Part shown: positions 1 through 23,500 of the stretch, in pieces
How positions within the stretch are numbered: position 1 is the first letter of the stretch
Layout of the letters: each line of letters starts with the position of its first letter
NCBI RefSeq assembly: GCF_001949145.1
Contig: NW_019091358.1
Coordinates: 3,876,238-3,940,237, forward strand
Direction: 5' to 3'
Length of the DNA: 64,000 nt
From: Acanthaster planci
Taxonomy: Eukaryota
Notes under the pieces: generated by a model
Database searches by the model: none
What the model was told of the DNA's origin: nothing
The model's input: only the letters and a program-made list of their open reading frames with translations
Made by a program: the position numbers and the translations under genes

Positions 1-235
1 CCACCACACCACTAACACCACCACCAACAACACACCAATTACACACCAACTACACACCAGCAACACACCACCACCACCACACCACTACCACCAACACACC
101 ACCAACACACCAACACACATCAACTACACACCAACAACACACCACCACCACACTCCCCACCACAACACCAACACACCACCACCAACACACCACCAACACA
201 CAATAACACACCAACAACAACACAACACAACACAA
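1..235. repeat. Low-complexity CA/CCA/CAA simple repeat (COPS2 intron)
   Basis: Almost only C and A: ccaccacacc...caacaacaacacaacac. Confidence 0.9.
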
Positions 236-402
236 AGTAATTGACAATATTAGTTTTTCATGAAAGGGGAAATATTTTCAAACATCTTGGAATTATGTCT
301 GCTGTTGTTACTTCATGAAAACACCAATGATACAGCAGTGGTCAGTTCTAGCTGCAGTGTGTTGACAAGAACTTGAGTTTGACCCTTTACCTTTGACCCC
401 AG

Positions 403-9473
<9,071 letters not shown>

Positions 9474-12400
9474 TAATTAACCCCTATCCTCCCCTCCTCC
9501 AAACATCGACCACCAACACTCCTACTAACAGAAATGTGTATAAAAAAAGATAAGAAGAAATTCATCTTCATTATGTGTTTGTTTCTTTTTTGTATTGAAA
9601 TTTGAACTTTGTTTAACTTTTGCAGGGACATTGTGAATTGGATGTGTATTCATTGTGGCTGATGTCCAATTTCAGTCGGGTTTTCACGGGGACTAACTTT
9701 TTTTATAGGGCAATTCTCTCCCAACTAAATGATTTCCCGATGTCACCGAATATTACACATCTGTTCCACAAGCTTAGAGGAGTGTTTTTTTCAGGGCCAG
9801 TGTAAGATTTAGTAGTTCAAGAAAAAAGTTAGTGCCCAGTGTGTGTTTTATATAGACATTGCACTGGGTACCAGTCACATTTACATTGGATAGTAGTAGG
9901 TCTTTCAGTCGGTAACCAGTGGTACATGCTCGGCTTTATGCATACATACAGACATGGGCGATAAGCGATTCGGCTGCGTTCGACCTTTCTGCTTCTGACA
10001 CAAAAGCGACCAGGAATACTATCACGAGACAAAGAAATTGTGGATTGTGAAGATTCTAGATGATTGCAACAAGTGTGGGCTACGTTCAAGGCAAACTGTA
10101 ACATTTTGGATTTCTTTTACTGCAAACTGAAGGAGCAGTCGTGCAAAAATCCTGCTGCTTTTTGTTGGAGTTTCATAAATCGGTAAACCCCTTATGGAAG
10201 TGACTGTCAGAGGTGCTTTTTGGAAGATAAAAGACAGTGATTTTGGTTTTTAAATTTTCATTGCATTTTTTTTACAGCCATTTGGAGACTGAATGAAGGG
10301 GACAAAAATTGAATTGAGCTTGAATTGTAGCATCTCCTCTTTTTTTAGTCATAAAATGGGAAAATACTTTCAAGCATAAACCAAAAATGGACATTAACAA
10401 ATGTGTATTAGCCATGTGTAAATTTTTGGAGGAAAAAGTCATTTGTGTTGAGATTTATGTGGTTTACAAGGCTTTGATGATAAGTTTACCCTTTCAGACG
10501 TTTTCCCAAACGGAAGCACCCTCAGAATGGACGTTTTTGACAGTTTTGTTCTAAAAACTCATTTGGCTAACGGCTGAACTTGTAAACCACTGTTGTAACA
10601 CACCACACTTCAACACTAACTCTCAAGGAGTGCAGTTGAAATGACGAAGAATCCTGATGAATTTGGTTCCTCCTTGATTTGTTTAATGGTGTCATTCAGC
10701 AACTGATGTTATTATATTGTCTCTTGACATGATCTCAGTCATCCACTTAGCAAAGTGATGAGGACAAATGACCCAGCCTGACCCAGGCAACCATGTTGTG
10801 CATGTGTACTCCGAGTTTCTTTTTCTTGGCTCATGTTCCTTGTGAGAGCACCATCGTCAAAGTGGACCATCGAAACATCATCTTAGCCACAAATGGTATT
10901 TCTAGATGTCCAGTACATGTTCATATTAGCCGCATATCGGCAACATTTGCCCACATTTTGCTGCATTTGGCCAAAGGTAACGAGACTGTGACATAGTGGT
11001 CTTAAATGCTCACACTATTTATAAGATTGTTCCCAGTAGGTAAATGCCTGTGCTGTATGTAACGTTCAAGGACAGCGCCCTCTTGTGGCTTCATTTTTGT
11101 ATGTGTATTAATAAGGAACTTGATATGGTGTCATTACACATTATGGTTGAGTTCAGGCAGCCTATTCTTGACACGGGCCTCGTGTTCTTGCACTCGAACA
11201 GCAGGAACACAACTGAAGGACACTGTTCTCGGAACAGGATTACACACCACCTCCCTGTCAGGGTTTTACAGGAGCACACGGAAAAAACTTGTGAGATTTT
11301 GATTTTTGAACAGCTGCAAATAGTACGATGGTTTACAAAATTAACATTAATAATTTTCCATGACATAGAATTAAGCCCAGTTTTAAACATTAACCCTCGA
11401 AGAACATACTTGCTAACATACCAGTGATAACTGGTTATACATTCCTGGCATTCGAGGGTTGACACACAACAAATCGAGCTGTTCGTAAGTGACACGAGAA
11501 CAAGCTGCCCAAACTCAGCCTATATGTAGGTGAATCTAAAGGCCATGCCTCCCCCATGAATGAAACATTTTTATAATTTTGAAATACAATGGGAGAAAGT
11601 TGATTCTAGGGGGACTTCAGTTTCCGTAAAGCACATCAAAGCCCCGAAATTTAGCTTGACCCTTCAGAAAGGCCAAAAGAGGTTTCACAAAGAAAATTCC
11701 AAAGTTTTTTGGTCCTTGACAGTATATTCATAGGAACGACTGGAGAAACTCAAGTGTAGCAGGATAGGCCTGTTGGATAGGAAAACATCCTGGAATACGG
11801 CAAATTGATTGCTTGAAAGGATGATCCATCTAGTACAGCCGGCCAATTTTGCAGCACTGAGCATGGATTTCTTGTCACTCGCGCAATATTCAAGTGAGCA
11901 CCATAAGGCGTGCATGTTTTCAGGCCCTGATGTAATAAGTGCACAAAGTGACCTCTGCAACTTAAACGCATTTTATACTTCCTTTCATCCAATGAAATGG
12001 TGTGTTCATTTTTCATACGCGGAACCAATTATTTGCTAATGCTTTGGGCAGAAACATTTTGTTTGCATCACATTTTTGCCAGAAGCATTTGCCTTACTTT
12101 CATCCAGTGTACATATTTGTGTACATTTAGTATTTTTTTCCTTTAAGGAAATAACGTATACGGTGACTCATGAAATGCCTTTCCCAAACGTTTACCTTTC
12201 TCCGCTGCTGGCTTCCTTTGTGGCTCCAACATGCCTAAAATCAAAATCTGATTTTATAATGGTGTGTCACAAAGGTATTACTTTTAGAGAGATAAACCAT
12301 TCAATTCAAAGTGAAAAGGGAACAAAATGGGTTTAACAGTTATGACCTTGGCATCCTTTTGTGAAATTTTACCTTTTAAGGCATGGACTTATCACTAATG

Positions 12401-12989
12401 AATTCTGTGTGGTGTAGACTTCAGAGTTTCGCAACACAGCAAATTTTTTCTTCAGGTAGTCACTTGGCTAATATGCTTTATTCTTAAAGAAAAAATTTTG
12501 CCAAATTTGATTTCTGCCTCAGGGCACCTATTACAAATTTCAAAGTACCATTCTGGAAGCTGTGTATGCTTTAAGAAAAATTTTAACTAGCTGTTGCAAA
12601 AAATTGTAAGTGTTCACATGCATAACACATTGCCAAAAAACGAATCCCGATGAACCAGCTGAAGGGCCAATTCATACTTGGTACAAAAGCGAAAACAAAT
12701 GCAATTTTGTGGCATCATATTAAATGTTGGCACTTACCTACATGTATTTCAACTGCAAAGGATATTTCACTGCAAATGTTTTTGTCAACAAATTTGCTTC
12801 ACCTTTGCCCCAAGTATGAAGTGGCCTAAAGTGGAACCCAATTCAAAGTGCAAGTCTTAAAAAGGGGCATTTTTCACCAGTACATGTGTGTGGGCAGACA
12901 AACTACCCAGAGAAGTTTCCTCACGGGGAAACTGACACAGAATAGAAGTACAAGTACTTTTATTTCAAAGATGGATTTGGGCCGGGGAG

Positions 12990-13178
12990 ATGTAAATCTA
13001 TTTTGGATTTGCCCTGCCCGACGTGTGTTTAACACTGTATACTCAGTGTGCCCACAAAAGTTTGTGAAAAACCCACAAGCATACTCAGGTGGGACTCGAA
13101 CCCACGACCCCCTGCTTACTAGTGCAGACGTCTTAACCACTCGACCACCGAGCTTGCCGGTGTCGGCTGGTTCGAATC
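12990..13178 (-). mobile_element. tRNA-derived SINE
   Basis: The minus strand reads GCTCGG-TGGTCGAGTGG (A box)...GTGGG-TTCGAGT-CCCAC (B box/T arm)-CTGAGT, followed by an unrelated body. The 8-nt anticodon loop and imperfect acceptor stem argue against a functional tRNA. Boundaries are approximate. Confidence 0.75.
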
Positions 13179-16100
13179 AAATGTTAAATGTTAAATTAAA
13201 GTACATGTACCCTTCACTCCCTGTTCAGTGTGCAGGCAGCACTCAGGACAAACAGGGTGCTCTGATAAAGTATCAATTTCTGTGTGTGAACATGTGTTAT
13301 TTTCCTCACATACACAGCCATCTAAAAGTTGCTTGTTTGCCGTAGAGAAGATATACATTTTGTTTATGCCCCCCACAAAACAGAATGAAGAGAGCATCCA
13401 GGAATAAAACACAAGTCGGTTAATGTTTACTTAAAGAGGCTCTTGTTTTCTCTTGGTACATGAAGAGAGTAATATCCATTAGATGATCTCCAACGCTTTG
13501 GATGTCAACATCCGTTTAGGTATGCAATGTGTAGGTGTATGTGTCCCCAGCTCTTCTCATTTTTGTCACTTGTCCCTTTACATTCTTTGGTTCTAATCTT
13601 CAAATGACCCTATCTGTTGGACTGTCGAGTCCAAAATCTGTACCAGCCACTCACATTTCCGTGCACAACATGTATGTACAATGTCTGTAAGTAGCTGCTG
13701 GTTTTAGAATAGCTGAACAAAATACATGCACCCTCACCCCAAAAAAATCTCTTGAAACATTCTTTCACGAGATCAAGCAATGCAGTAACTTCATCTCAAA
13801 TGAACCGAAGTGATTTTCAAAACATCACAGGTTACATGTTTATTTAGTACTCTTATTCCTTAGCCTCCATTGTTTACATTCATTTACATTTGTAATTACT
13901 CTAGCAACTTTGTATCGCAGACTGTGACACATAGCAAGCAAATGTCACGTTTTTGAAGAACTTAACTCCTACTGACAACTGATGGAAAACATGCATTTCT
14001 TACACCAACAAACTTGGCTTGATCTCTATCAAACATCTGCCCTCATTTCTTCAATCTTGCGACGGGTGTAACGAATGAAATTCACTCCACAGATTATAAA
14101 TTGCACAATTAGCAAGCAATGAGGGCGTAACGCAGCACCATCTTGTTAATTATCGCTCGGGATTTTTCAAGAAGCCCCCTCTGTTGAGGTATGACTAACC
14201 ACAGGACTGATCACTGTAGAGAATTTGCAGTTATTTGACAGTCTCAGTGGACAACATTCAGTTGACTTCAAATTCACAAAAGACATAATGATGAAGCATA
14301 AAACTGCCACATCAGCCTGAAAATGCTGTTGGCTGTATGGTTGGTTTATAGGAACACGTATAAAAAAGAATTCATTTCTTGACAAGATTTTTTGTCAAGA
14401 ACCCTTTCTTTATCCCCGAATCCTAACTGCAGTGCCAAATCCAGGGTCTTTACATTATGCAGTAGTAAAAAACCAGTGCATTTCCTTTTATCTGATGGAA
14501 ACAGTCCAATCATGTGTCTTCCATGGATCTAGAAAACAGAAGAGTAAATAATGTTTGAAGGAACTAGATATCAACTTTCAAGCATTTGAACTGTTTGAAA
14601 TGTGCTAATACATTTACCCGAAACCAGAAGAACTCTTTTGGCAGTTGCTCATTTCTTGTTACAAAAATTAAAATGAAAGACAGAACTTCTACAGCCCAGG
14701 AAATATTCTCTGAAAAGCATAATTGCAATTACTAGTACTTAAAAATTGTCTACATAGCCACTATTTACATAGTTTACATAATAATCAGGAATGAACTGGT
14801 GTGTCCTTGTTAATTTCTTTGACCTCTACTTTGAAAATAATAAAAAGATTCTCAGTTAAACACAAAGAGTTTGTGACAGGTTTCTGGAGTCACGAATTAA
14901 CAAGCCTGTTTGTTCCTGATGATCTGCTAAGGTGGTTGATAAATTTACTTACTGTTTACAATACAAAAATTTACAATGAGCATTTCAAAATAACTTGGAA
15001 TTACGTTACAACAAAATCGTACGTTAAATTACATAAGAATTGCACAGTGATTCATGAAAGCGGGAGATACTTCTTGGGATGTCTCTAAACACTACCTCAC
15101 ATTACTTTAATGGTGAGATGTTCTCTTAGAGCAGAATAAAACACACATGAAAAGATTTATTGCTTATCAGCCAAGGCTTTGACGTGAATTACAAAGGCTT
15201 ACCTTGAGCCAGTAATCAATTTCAATCTTACACCTTCTAATCAGAGTTAAAGAATGAGTTAAGATCGTAGTTGAGACCTATGGGAGTTTTTTGATGCCGC
15301 TAAGCATCAGTGATCAGCAAAATTGTTCATAAATAGCAGGTTAAACTTATTTTTTTTCAGCAACAGCAACCAATTAAATATGTACACAAAAAGAAATACA
15401 ATTATTTACTGCAAGAATCCGGAGGATTTAAAGAGACAACGGGTAAGATTTGAAGCTTTGGTGATAGCTTAACTATTTTGAGGCTTGCAAATGCGCAATG
15501 TTAGGAACTTTCTCTTTTGGAAGAAGTGTGATTCTGAAGAGGAACTAATGAGTAGGAACTGAATGTCTCAACCAGGATGCTCTGGTCGGCCTAGGACCAC
15601 GCTTTGTCCTAAAGAGATCGTTCCTTACATGGTGCATCTGCAAGCCACACGAAGAGATGATATCACTGCAGCTGAAGCGTACGCTGGACTAAACAAAAAT
15701 TTGTATCACAATACGTGACTGTGAATAACACTTCAACAAAGGTCAGAAAATCCCAGTGAATGAGGTCTGAATCAGTGGGTAACACTTCATTTTTACATGC
15801 ACTTCCAAAACGACTGTGCAGCAGTTTAACTAACAGTAGCTGTAAGAAACTAGAAAGAATATACCCAAAGCGTACCGGCAGTATACCGACTATTTATGAA
15901 TGACGGTGTGACCGCAGTGAAGTGATACATACGGTGTCATGAAAAAGGTGATGCATCTACATGTACACGTTATTTCAACACATCCCCCAGGTGCACTGAC
16001 TGTAAATGCTGTCTGCTGCCCTCGCCTGAGTATCTCAAAGATTTGCTGAGTAGTGGTCCAACAGTATTTCTAATAATAAAGAGTAACGCCCCACAATATT

Positions 16101-19100
16101 GACAGCTGTACAGCGTAACTGTGCGTTCTAGTCGCGTGTTATTAAACTGGGAGACCCTGAGCCACTCAAAGAATACATGTAACAATTTCACTTAAAAACT
16201 TGCCTTGCTTCAATAGGTCTTGTGATTTCTATATCGTACATAAAAATCCAAATAAATGTATCACACTTAGGCAAGCGCAAGGCAGGTGGTTGCTGCTGTA
16301 GAAAAAAAAAATCCCATTCCCGGTCCCTCCCCCCCCAATTATTAAGTAAACATTTTATTGGCAGAAATAACATTCATTTAGGTCATCCCTTACAGTCTCT
16401 GGCCATTTTTATCCCATTTAAATTCCCTAATGATATTACATGAAGTTGTTCAGCAGTCAAAACAAATTTGTACAAATAATAGGTCAAAATAAAATCTCTA
16501 CTTATGTGAGCGTTGACGAGGCCAGTATTATTCAAAATAAATGTAACTGTTGAGAATTAATGAACAATTTCAACTTGTCAATGTCAACAATGCCAATTTG
16601 TCAGAATGTCAGAATGTGGAATGCTTTTTTATCAATGACAGTTAAGAAGATGTCAGCTGTGGGACTTTGAAAGCCTCAGACTTAAAACAGATCCATTTTT
16701 TGTGCCTTAAGCAACTGCAGGTGAATTTTTCATTACGGTTCCATTACCTCTACAATAAAAGCTAAGATATTGTGCATGCACCAATTACCAACTGCAACAT
16801 TAGTGTTTATTTACAATACTTATTGCCAACATCTGTTATCATACAGGCATATTTTATGTGTTAGAATGGTTTAGATTCAGTCATTGGAGTTGACACGTTA
16901 TATTAAAGGGTGAGATGGAATAATTGAACTTCTATGGGTTTGCCCTACAACCATACAAGTACATGTAGATCTTTTGAATTTCAGGAAGAAGTCGCACCTT
17001 AGAAATTCATTCGAAGATTATCTATTGAATCTGATCCTTGCAGACTGTACATACGAAAGGGAACCCAAGTAATGGCTACACTCCAAACTACCTGGGGTAT
17101 AGGATTCCATTTTGCCATGGTGCTGCAGTTGGGCTGGCCTAAACTAGAGTGGGCCAGTCCTGGCATTGACAGAATTTATCCAAATATGACAATACACCGT
17201 TTCATTCATGACAATAACTGGATTTCACTGGCATGTCCGGTATATGGTGCAATGAATGAATGTCATGCTATGACACTATGCCGCCCCAACCAAAGTGTTA
17301 TACTGTAGACCTCTCTCAAAGGATGTCACTTCCTACAAACTGCCACGTGCATCGCCATTTTCATCTTTAAATATTTGTGACGCACATTGGCTGTGCCGCA
17401 TCCGAAGATACTGGTATGTAGATCATTGCGCACGAGTATAGAACATTCGCGCATTATGCGCGCGCACACATGTTGACGTCTTTGTAGTATGTACATGTAG
17501 TTGTAATTTTCCTTACAAATGGCATCCAATGAGAGAGATCTAGTTGGGACCACTGCTACAGTTTTGGCACAACACGGACAGAGGCAGAGTGCTAGCTCAT
17601 TTGCACAAGTTAAATGTCTTGTGGCTGGTACTCTGAACAACAGCTGCCACAAAGCTTTTGCCAGTACTCGATATCCCCGTGAATGATAATGGCCAACTTG
17701 TGCTCACTGTCAGATTGGTTTCCATAAATTCAGATGATCTTTCAGCATGCTTCAGGTTGCGTTTCATTCATGAAATTTTGCCACCAGACACGCTAAGGTT
17801 GCAAATGCTGGCCCTATTTCCATAGCGGGAACGCAGCCCTGTTCCACCATTCTCTCTCCAGGGGTTAAAACAAGCTGGAATTTATGATGTGCTACATGTA
17901 CTCATATTGGGCACAAGCGCGCCATCAAGGAGTACCCAAGGATAAATCACAATGTACATGATAATTCAGTTCACAGCTCTGGGGGAGATGCTATCTTGCA
18001 TGTCCATGAAACATCTCCACAAGGAATTACAACTTCTGAGATTGTCATTGTCTACAAGTTGCATGAATAAAAACAAAATCTGATCTTGCATTTGGAAATA
18101 AATGAATGTTTGCACTGGTAATGCACAAATGATGCAAAACCCAAAACAGAAAAAAAAAATCAACTAGGAATGTTCTTAACACGTTTACAATACAAGTTAC
18201 CAGTTTAAATTGTTTTCCCAGTATCATTACACTGCTTAAACTTAAAGGAAAACAGTCTGAACTCTTACTGCCTTTATCTTATTCTTGGCCACTGTTCTGC
18301 TAAATCGTGCAGCATGGTTCATGTCCCGTCTAAAACACCCCCCATTCTAACAAAATTGAACCAAATCTGATCCCCATAAAACAATAAGAATCCAGCATCA
18401 TTAGGGAATCAGTCCTTCACATGCAATGACATATACCTTCAATCTAACAGCTGTCCATATTTGACTCTGATGTTAATCTTCCGTGGTCTTTCACGGTTGT
18501 CTAGAATAAGCACATTTCGATCAAATTCAGGGGGGGGGGAGATCACACTACAAGATCAAGTTAGCCTGAGCAGGGCCTGGATCCTGCAGAATAAATGGGC
18601 CAATATTTGCAGGCAGAACTGGGGGGGGGCCATGCTCCAGACAGGAGGACACAGAATAAGTACTCTCATTATATCAAATAATAACGGTACATGGCTTTCT
18701 TTTTCTCCAAATCATTTGGGGTGGGGGGTGGGGGAGTAAAAAGGGACACCAAGGATAAGGTCTTAATGGAGAGCATACCCATTCATACCCCCTTCAGTGA
18801 GTTATTCCTGTAAATGTATATTTTTCACCAGCCTAATGCTGAAAAATGAAATCTACCACCCACGGCCAACTGTGCACGATAAGAAACAAGAGGGAAAAAT
18901 TCCCAATGAATATTGAAGTAAATGTGCCTCATTGTCAAAATCAAGCACGAATTACCTGGTCAATTTAAGTGCTGTACTACGCTCATGCAGGACAAATATG
19001 TACTTTTCGTGGGGGTATAAATTTTAAAGTAAGGGTAGAGTGACAGACAAAGAAGCACATACGTTGTAAATTTATGAAGGAACACTTGCCGTGCGTGGCA

Positions 19101-19404
19101 AATTCAGTGACTTGAGCAGAACACCATTTCAAATTAGGTTTACAGTGTACATGTATATATTTATGGAGAAAAGGACAAATAAGTTTTGATATACCCAACT
19201 TTTGTAATGACAGAAGGAAGGTGGTTATTGGCCAAGCAAGGGCAGATTGCTCGTATGAGCACACTGCTTGACTGAAACAAATAGTGAAGAGTGCGGAGTA
19301 CCGACTGTATGAGCACACACCTATGGCCCCTTTGTGTGACAAGGAATGTACAAACGTAGCATTTTCTCATTTCAGTGAATACATGGGTAGGCATTCACCG
19401 CATT

Positions 19405-19545
19405 CAGGGGACAAGTTCTTTTGTTAGGGAAATTTGAACCTGAGTTGTGGGGACATTCCTGAGTCCCCACAATGTTTTCGGTCCCACAAAATAGGTGAAA
19501 TATCAAGTGTATGTCCCCACCACTACAGTGCGGGAGTGAATGTGT
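19405..19545. repeat. Dispersed repeat, copy 1 (inverted copy at ~32400-32545)
   Basis: CTGAGTTGTGGGGACATTCCTGAGTCCCCACAATGTTTTCGGTCCCACAAAATAGGTGAAATATCAAGTGTATGTCCC aligns to the reverse complement of 32430-32510 (CTGAGTTGTGGGGACATTTCTCTGTCCCCACAATGGTTTGGGTCTCCACACAATGGGTGTAATGTCAAGTGTTTGTCCC). Confidence 0.75.
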
Positions 19546-20385
19546 GTTAAAAAAAAATTGACTGTTCAATCCAACTCCCAATCATTTGTATAAATATTTC
19601 ACTAGGCTGTGTTCTCACATCCTCTGTTAAACTATCACTAAACCCATTGCAGGTTCAGCATCAACTAATTCAAGTAAATGGAAATTTCTTTAGCAGTACT
19701 GTAAGCATTATTGATTTACTTACCGCAGGCCTCTGACACAAAAGATGGAGATCTAAATTTCATTAAACCACGGGCAAATTATTGTGGAGTATAACTGCAA
19801 TGCCAACAAACTTTTCAAAGACTCTTTTGAGAGCGTTATTACAGAAAGAGAAAAGGAAGAGAGAAAAAACTCTAAAAGGTTTTAGAAACTGAAGTACCCT
19901 AATTTCTCTACCGATTTCACTCAACTAAACCTTTTTGAGAGAGGAACGTTTTGGATCTGTTCAAGTTAAACACCGCAGTAAGATGTTTCTAGTAGCCTAA
20001 AGACTTCAAGTCAGATCAATAAGAGGTGGGTTCCATTGCGGAATGAAGAATGAAGATTGACCACTATGGTTTCGGGGAATTGAGAAAACCCAGGATTGGC
20101 ATGTTCATGCATATTCTTCTAGGGAGGGACCTCGGCGAGATCAAAGGATTGACAAGTGATGGAAACACGGCGCACTTTTCACAGGCGAATATTTGGTTGG
20201 CAAAAAGGGAAATTTATACTTCAACATGTATCTTGAGACAAGAGAACTCGGCAGTCGGAACTCAATAAATACAAGCTTCTCTACGACGTACTGTTCACAG
20301 TTACAGTTACCATCTTATAAAATTTCTTCAATATACACAAATGATCCAGTCATCTGAACGATTTAACCTGGGAAGTTCCCCACTG

Positions 20386-20538
20386 TCACTGGATGGAGCA
20401 GGTGACCTGGGTGGTTTGGCAGCAGATGCAGCGTTCGTTCATCGGTCGTGGCGGGATCAGATCCAGCTCCTCATCGTCGGGGATTTCGTCCAGTCGGAAC
20501 CCGTCTTTCAAAAGCTGCTGTCGGAGATTCTCAGTCGT
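20386..20538 (-). CDS. FAM219A: FAM219A terminal exon 5 (153 nt incl. TGA)
   Basis: caacag|ACG...CAG TGA; TTENLRQQLLKDGFRLDEIPDDEELDLIPPRPMNERCICCQTTQVTCSIQ*. Confidence 0.95.
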   Translation of the reverse strand, partial: TTENLRQQLLKDGFRLDEIPDDEELDLIPPRPMNERCICCQTTQVTCSIQ

Positions 20539-23500
20539 CTGTTGTTGCAAAAAGAGAAGAGAATGGCACTTCCTTTGGATGTCAGATGAGAAAAAAAGGC
20601 TTTGAATTTTCTGGGTGCAGTGCCTGTGTAAATCTCACCAGAAGTCATGAAGTACATTTCATAGCTGATGAACGTTTTGCTCTTCGTTGGAAAACTGGAA
20701 CAGCAAAGCTGCCATGGCTTGCTGCTTGTTATGAATTTGAATTTCTTTCCTGTAACAACAGCTTATGTTATTGAGACATCAAAGTTATACAAATATGGTT
20801 ACTAAATTACAGGTGCATACTAACAAAGCTTCATCCAAATTTTTTACAAGATTGGTTGACATACGACTGCAATACAGATGTACAAGATATTTTATCCACC
20901 TTAGCAATAAAATTCATTATACTCTAAGAGAAAAAACCTAGTTAGTGCTGTGTGCAGAATGTGTGTTGAAAGGCGCCTGTCATTTAAAAGTAAATCAACA
21001 AAGACCACCAACGAGGGAGATAGGGGTACAAAGGCTTCACAGTTCTTTACAGNNNNNNNNNNNNNNNNNNNNNNNNNNNNNNNNNNNNNNNNNNNNNNNN
21101 NNNNNNNNNNNNNNNNNNNNNNNNNNNNNNNNNNNNNNNNNNNNNNNNNNNNNNNNNNNNNNNNNNNNNNNNNNNNNNNNNNNNNNNNNNNNNNNNNNNN
21201 NNNNNNNNNNNNNNNNNNNNNNNNNNNNNNNNNNNNNNNNNNNNNNNNNNNNNNNNNNNNNNNNNNNNNNNNNNNNNNNNNNNNNNNNNNNNNNNNNNNN
21301 NNNNNNNNNNNNNNNNNNNNNNNNNNNNNNNNNNNNNNNNNNNNNNNNNNNNNNNNNNNNNNNNNNNNNNNNNNNNNNNNNNNNNNNNNNNNNNNNNNAT
21401 TCCACTTCTTACTCCACCCCTGCCAATTAGTCCCTTCACTTCTTACTCTGGCTGTCCCATCATCTAACTTATCCAGCCCAACCATTACGCCCACCTTATC
21501 CAGCATTTCATCCAATTTCTACATACATGTAGAGTACCTTGTCCCCATAATCCTCCTCCTACAGGTACCCCTCCACCAACATGCATCCTAATCTGTCACT
21601 TGGAGTCCTCCCCCCCATCCCTTACATTTTCCCCACATGCTGTACTTGTACATTTGTATGTGTCTAAACACTGTCTATACATACATACATGTACATTACA
21701 GGAGTGCTCGTATGTACTGTATGTACTACAGGGTAAGTACACAGTACAACTCAAACATTAACATTCAACTTTTAGAATGTTTTCATTAAATTCATAAGTT
21801 TCTAAGCATTAATGCCATAAGAGACTATTTACACACTGATGGAATTCCTAGAGGAAGCAAACAAGCACTCAGTGGCACATTTTAACACCTATGGACCTAC
21901 AAGGAAAAATTTTAACATTTGAGGCCGGCCACCTGGCCGGCCAGACAGAAGACAGAAACCAGTATTACATAGGCTCGCATTTGCTTCGTAGCTCTCCAAA
22001 AAGAGGTTTGTCCATCCTTACCCACCCTTGCCCACAACATAGTGCTGGCCCAAAACTCATGACAGCATAACTGTGAAGGCACACTGAATATGTGAAATGG
22101 TTTCCAAGAGTCAAGATACCCACTCCAATGTGCTCTTTAATCTGGTGACTGTTTCTCTCTGATATGGTTTCTCTGCCAGTGGCTGCAATGCAATGCAATA
22201 CATGTACATGTGTAGTCACATGGAATGATATACCGGGAGCAATGGACGCATTACATAAATATTCTGACTGTTATCTGTATCTTTTTTCAACACACTGCAC
22301 ACTCTGCATTGATTATGAACCTATCTCGGAGTATAGTATCTAGAATGGCATAAACCGGACGAAATAACACAAATACATACTGTACAAATACACGTAGACA
22401 GCTGATCACCTTTAACTGAGAGAAAGATTAGACACACTGGCTATAACTATTCTAATCTAGATGTTCATCTGTGGGGATTCTTGCTCAGGAGTACCAGCCA
22501 AAAAATCCACCAACATGCAGTGCACAAGGGTCTGTCTGACGTTCCTCTGCACAAACACAGGAAGGGCTTGGTGTCTTAGGGGCCCCGAGATCACGCGGCT
22601 CTTTTTAAGGTGGTATTAAAGTGAGACAACAAGGTGGGCCAGTGTGGTTACAGAGAAGACATGGGAAAAATGATAAATAAGGAAAGAGACATGTACACTG
22701 TCTCCAGTGGAACTAACATTTACAAAAACAGTATTTAAGGAAGGGGGACCCGAACTTGCAAGTGAGGCATACTGGCTGTGATAATTTCTGTCTCTAAAGT
22801 TACCAAATTAGAGAACAGAAAAAAAGGGGGAAAAGGTGTTGCCCCCCCCCAAAAATGAAAACTAAGGAGCTCTTTGGCACACATTCTCATGTATCTTACT
22901 GAGTACCGGTACATGTATCTATGTTGTGAAAAAGAACAAGTAAGCCTACATGTACTGTACCAGTACGCAGGATAAACAGATCGACTTTTGTTCACATGCT
23001 GAGAAGTACAACGTCAATGAGCAACAAATTAACTTGGGGTCAGTATATTGCTCGAACATCAATGTTTGGAGAGAGGGAATCAGATATTCTGCAAACAGAT
23101 ACAACCGGTATTTCAAAATAATCAACTTTCCAAAAATTCTTCAAAACAAACAAATTTTTTAAAAAAAATTCCATATCCAATCCTGTTTAAACTTTTGCTC
23201 TTTTTGCTAACACAGTTTGATTCACAAGCTTTTCTGACTTTATGGTAATTTTTCTCTTCTGATATCAAGTATCCCCCCATCACTTTATGCAAATTGCTCC
23301 AGAGGCAGGTCCAGCACTTGGACCCGTCGAGGTGCGTGATTCATCTCCTAGCCAGACACCCGATGGCAATGAAATCAGCACAGCGGCCGCCATAAAAAAT
23401 CAACACGGCCTTGCTGCTGTGGAAATACTGAGTGGAGAAAGGGGAGGTGAAAATAAAAAAAAAACACTTACACTAGCAACGGACTCGTGATACAACCTTG

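Noticed and set aside
50..247. Val/Cys/Trp-rich 65-aa ORF
   Set aside because: It is the translation of a CA-rich simple repeat inside a COPS2 intron.
13085..13155. Functional tRNA gene
   Set aside because: The 8-nt anticodon loop, mismatched acceptor stem and attached non-tRNA body fit a SINE better.
20341..20774. Plus-strand ORFs at 20341-20589, 20393-20605 and 20448-20774
   Set aside because: They are antisense shadows of the FAM219A terminal exon.
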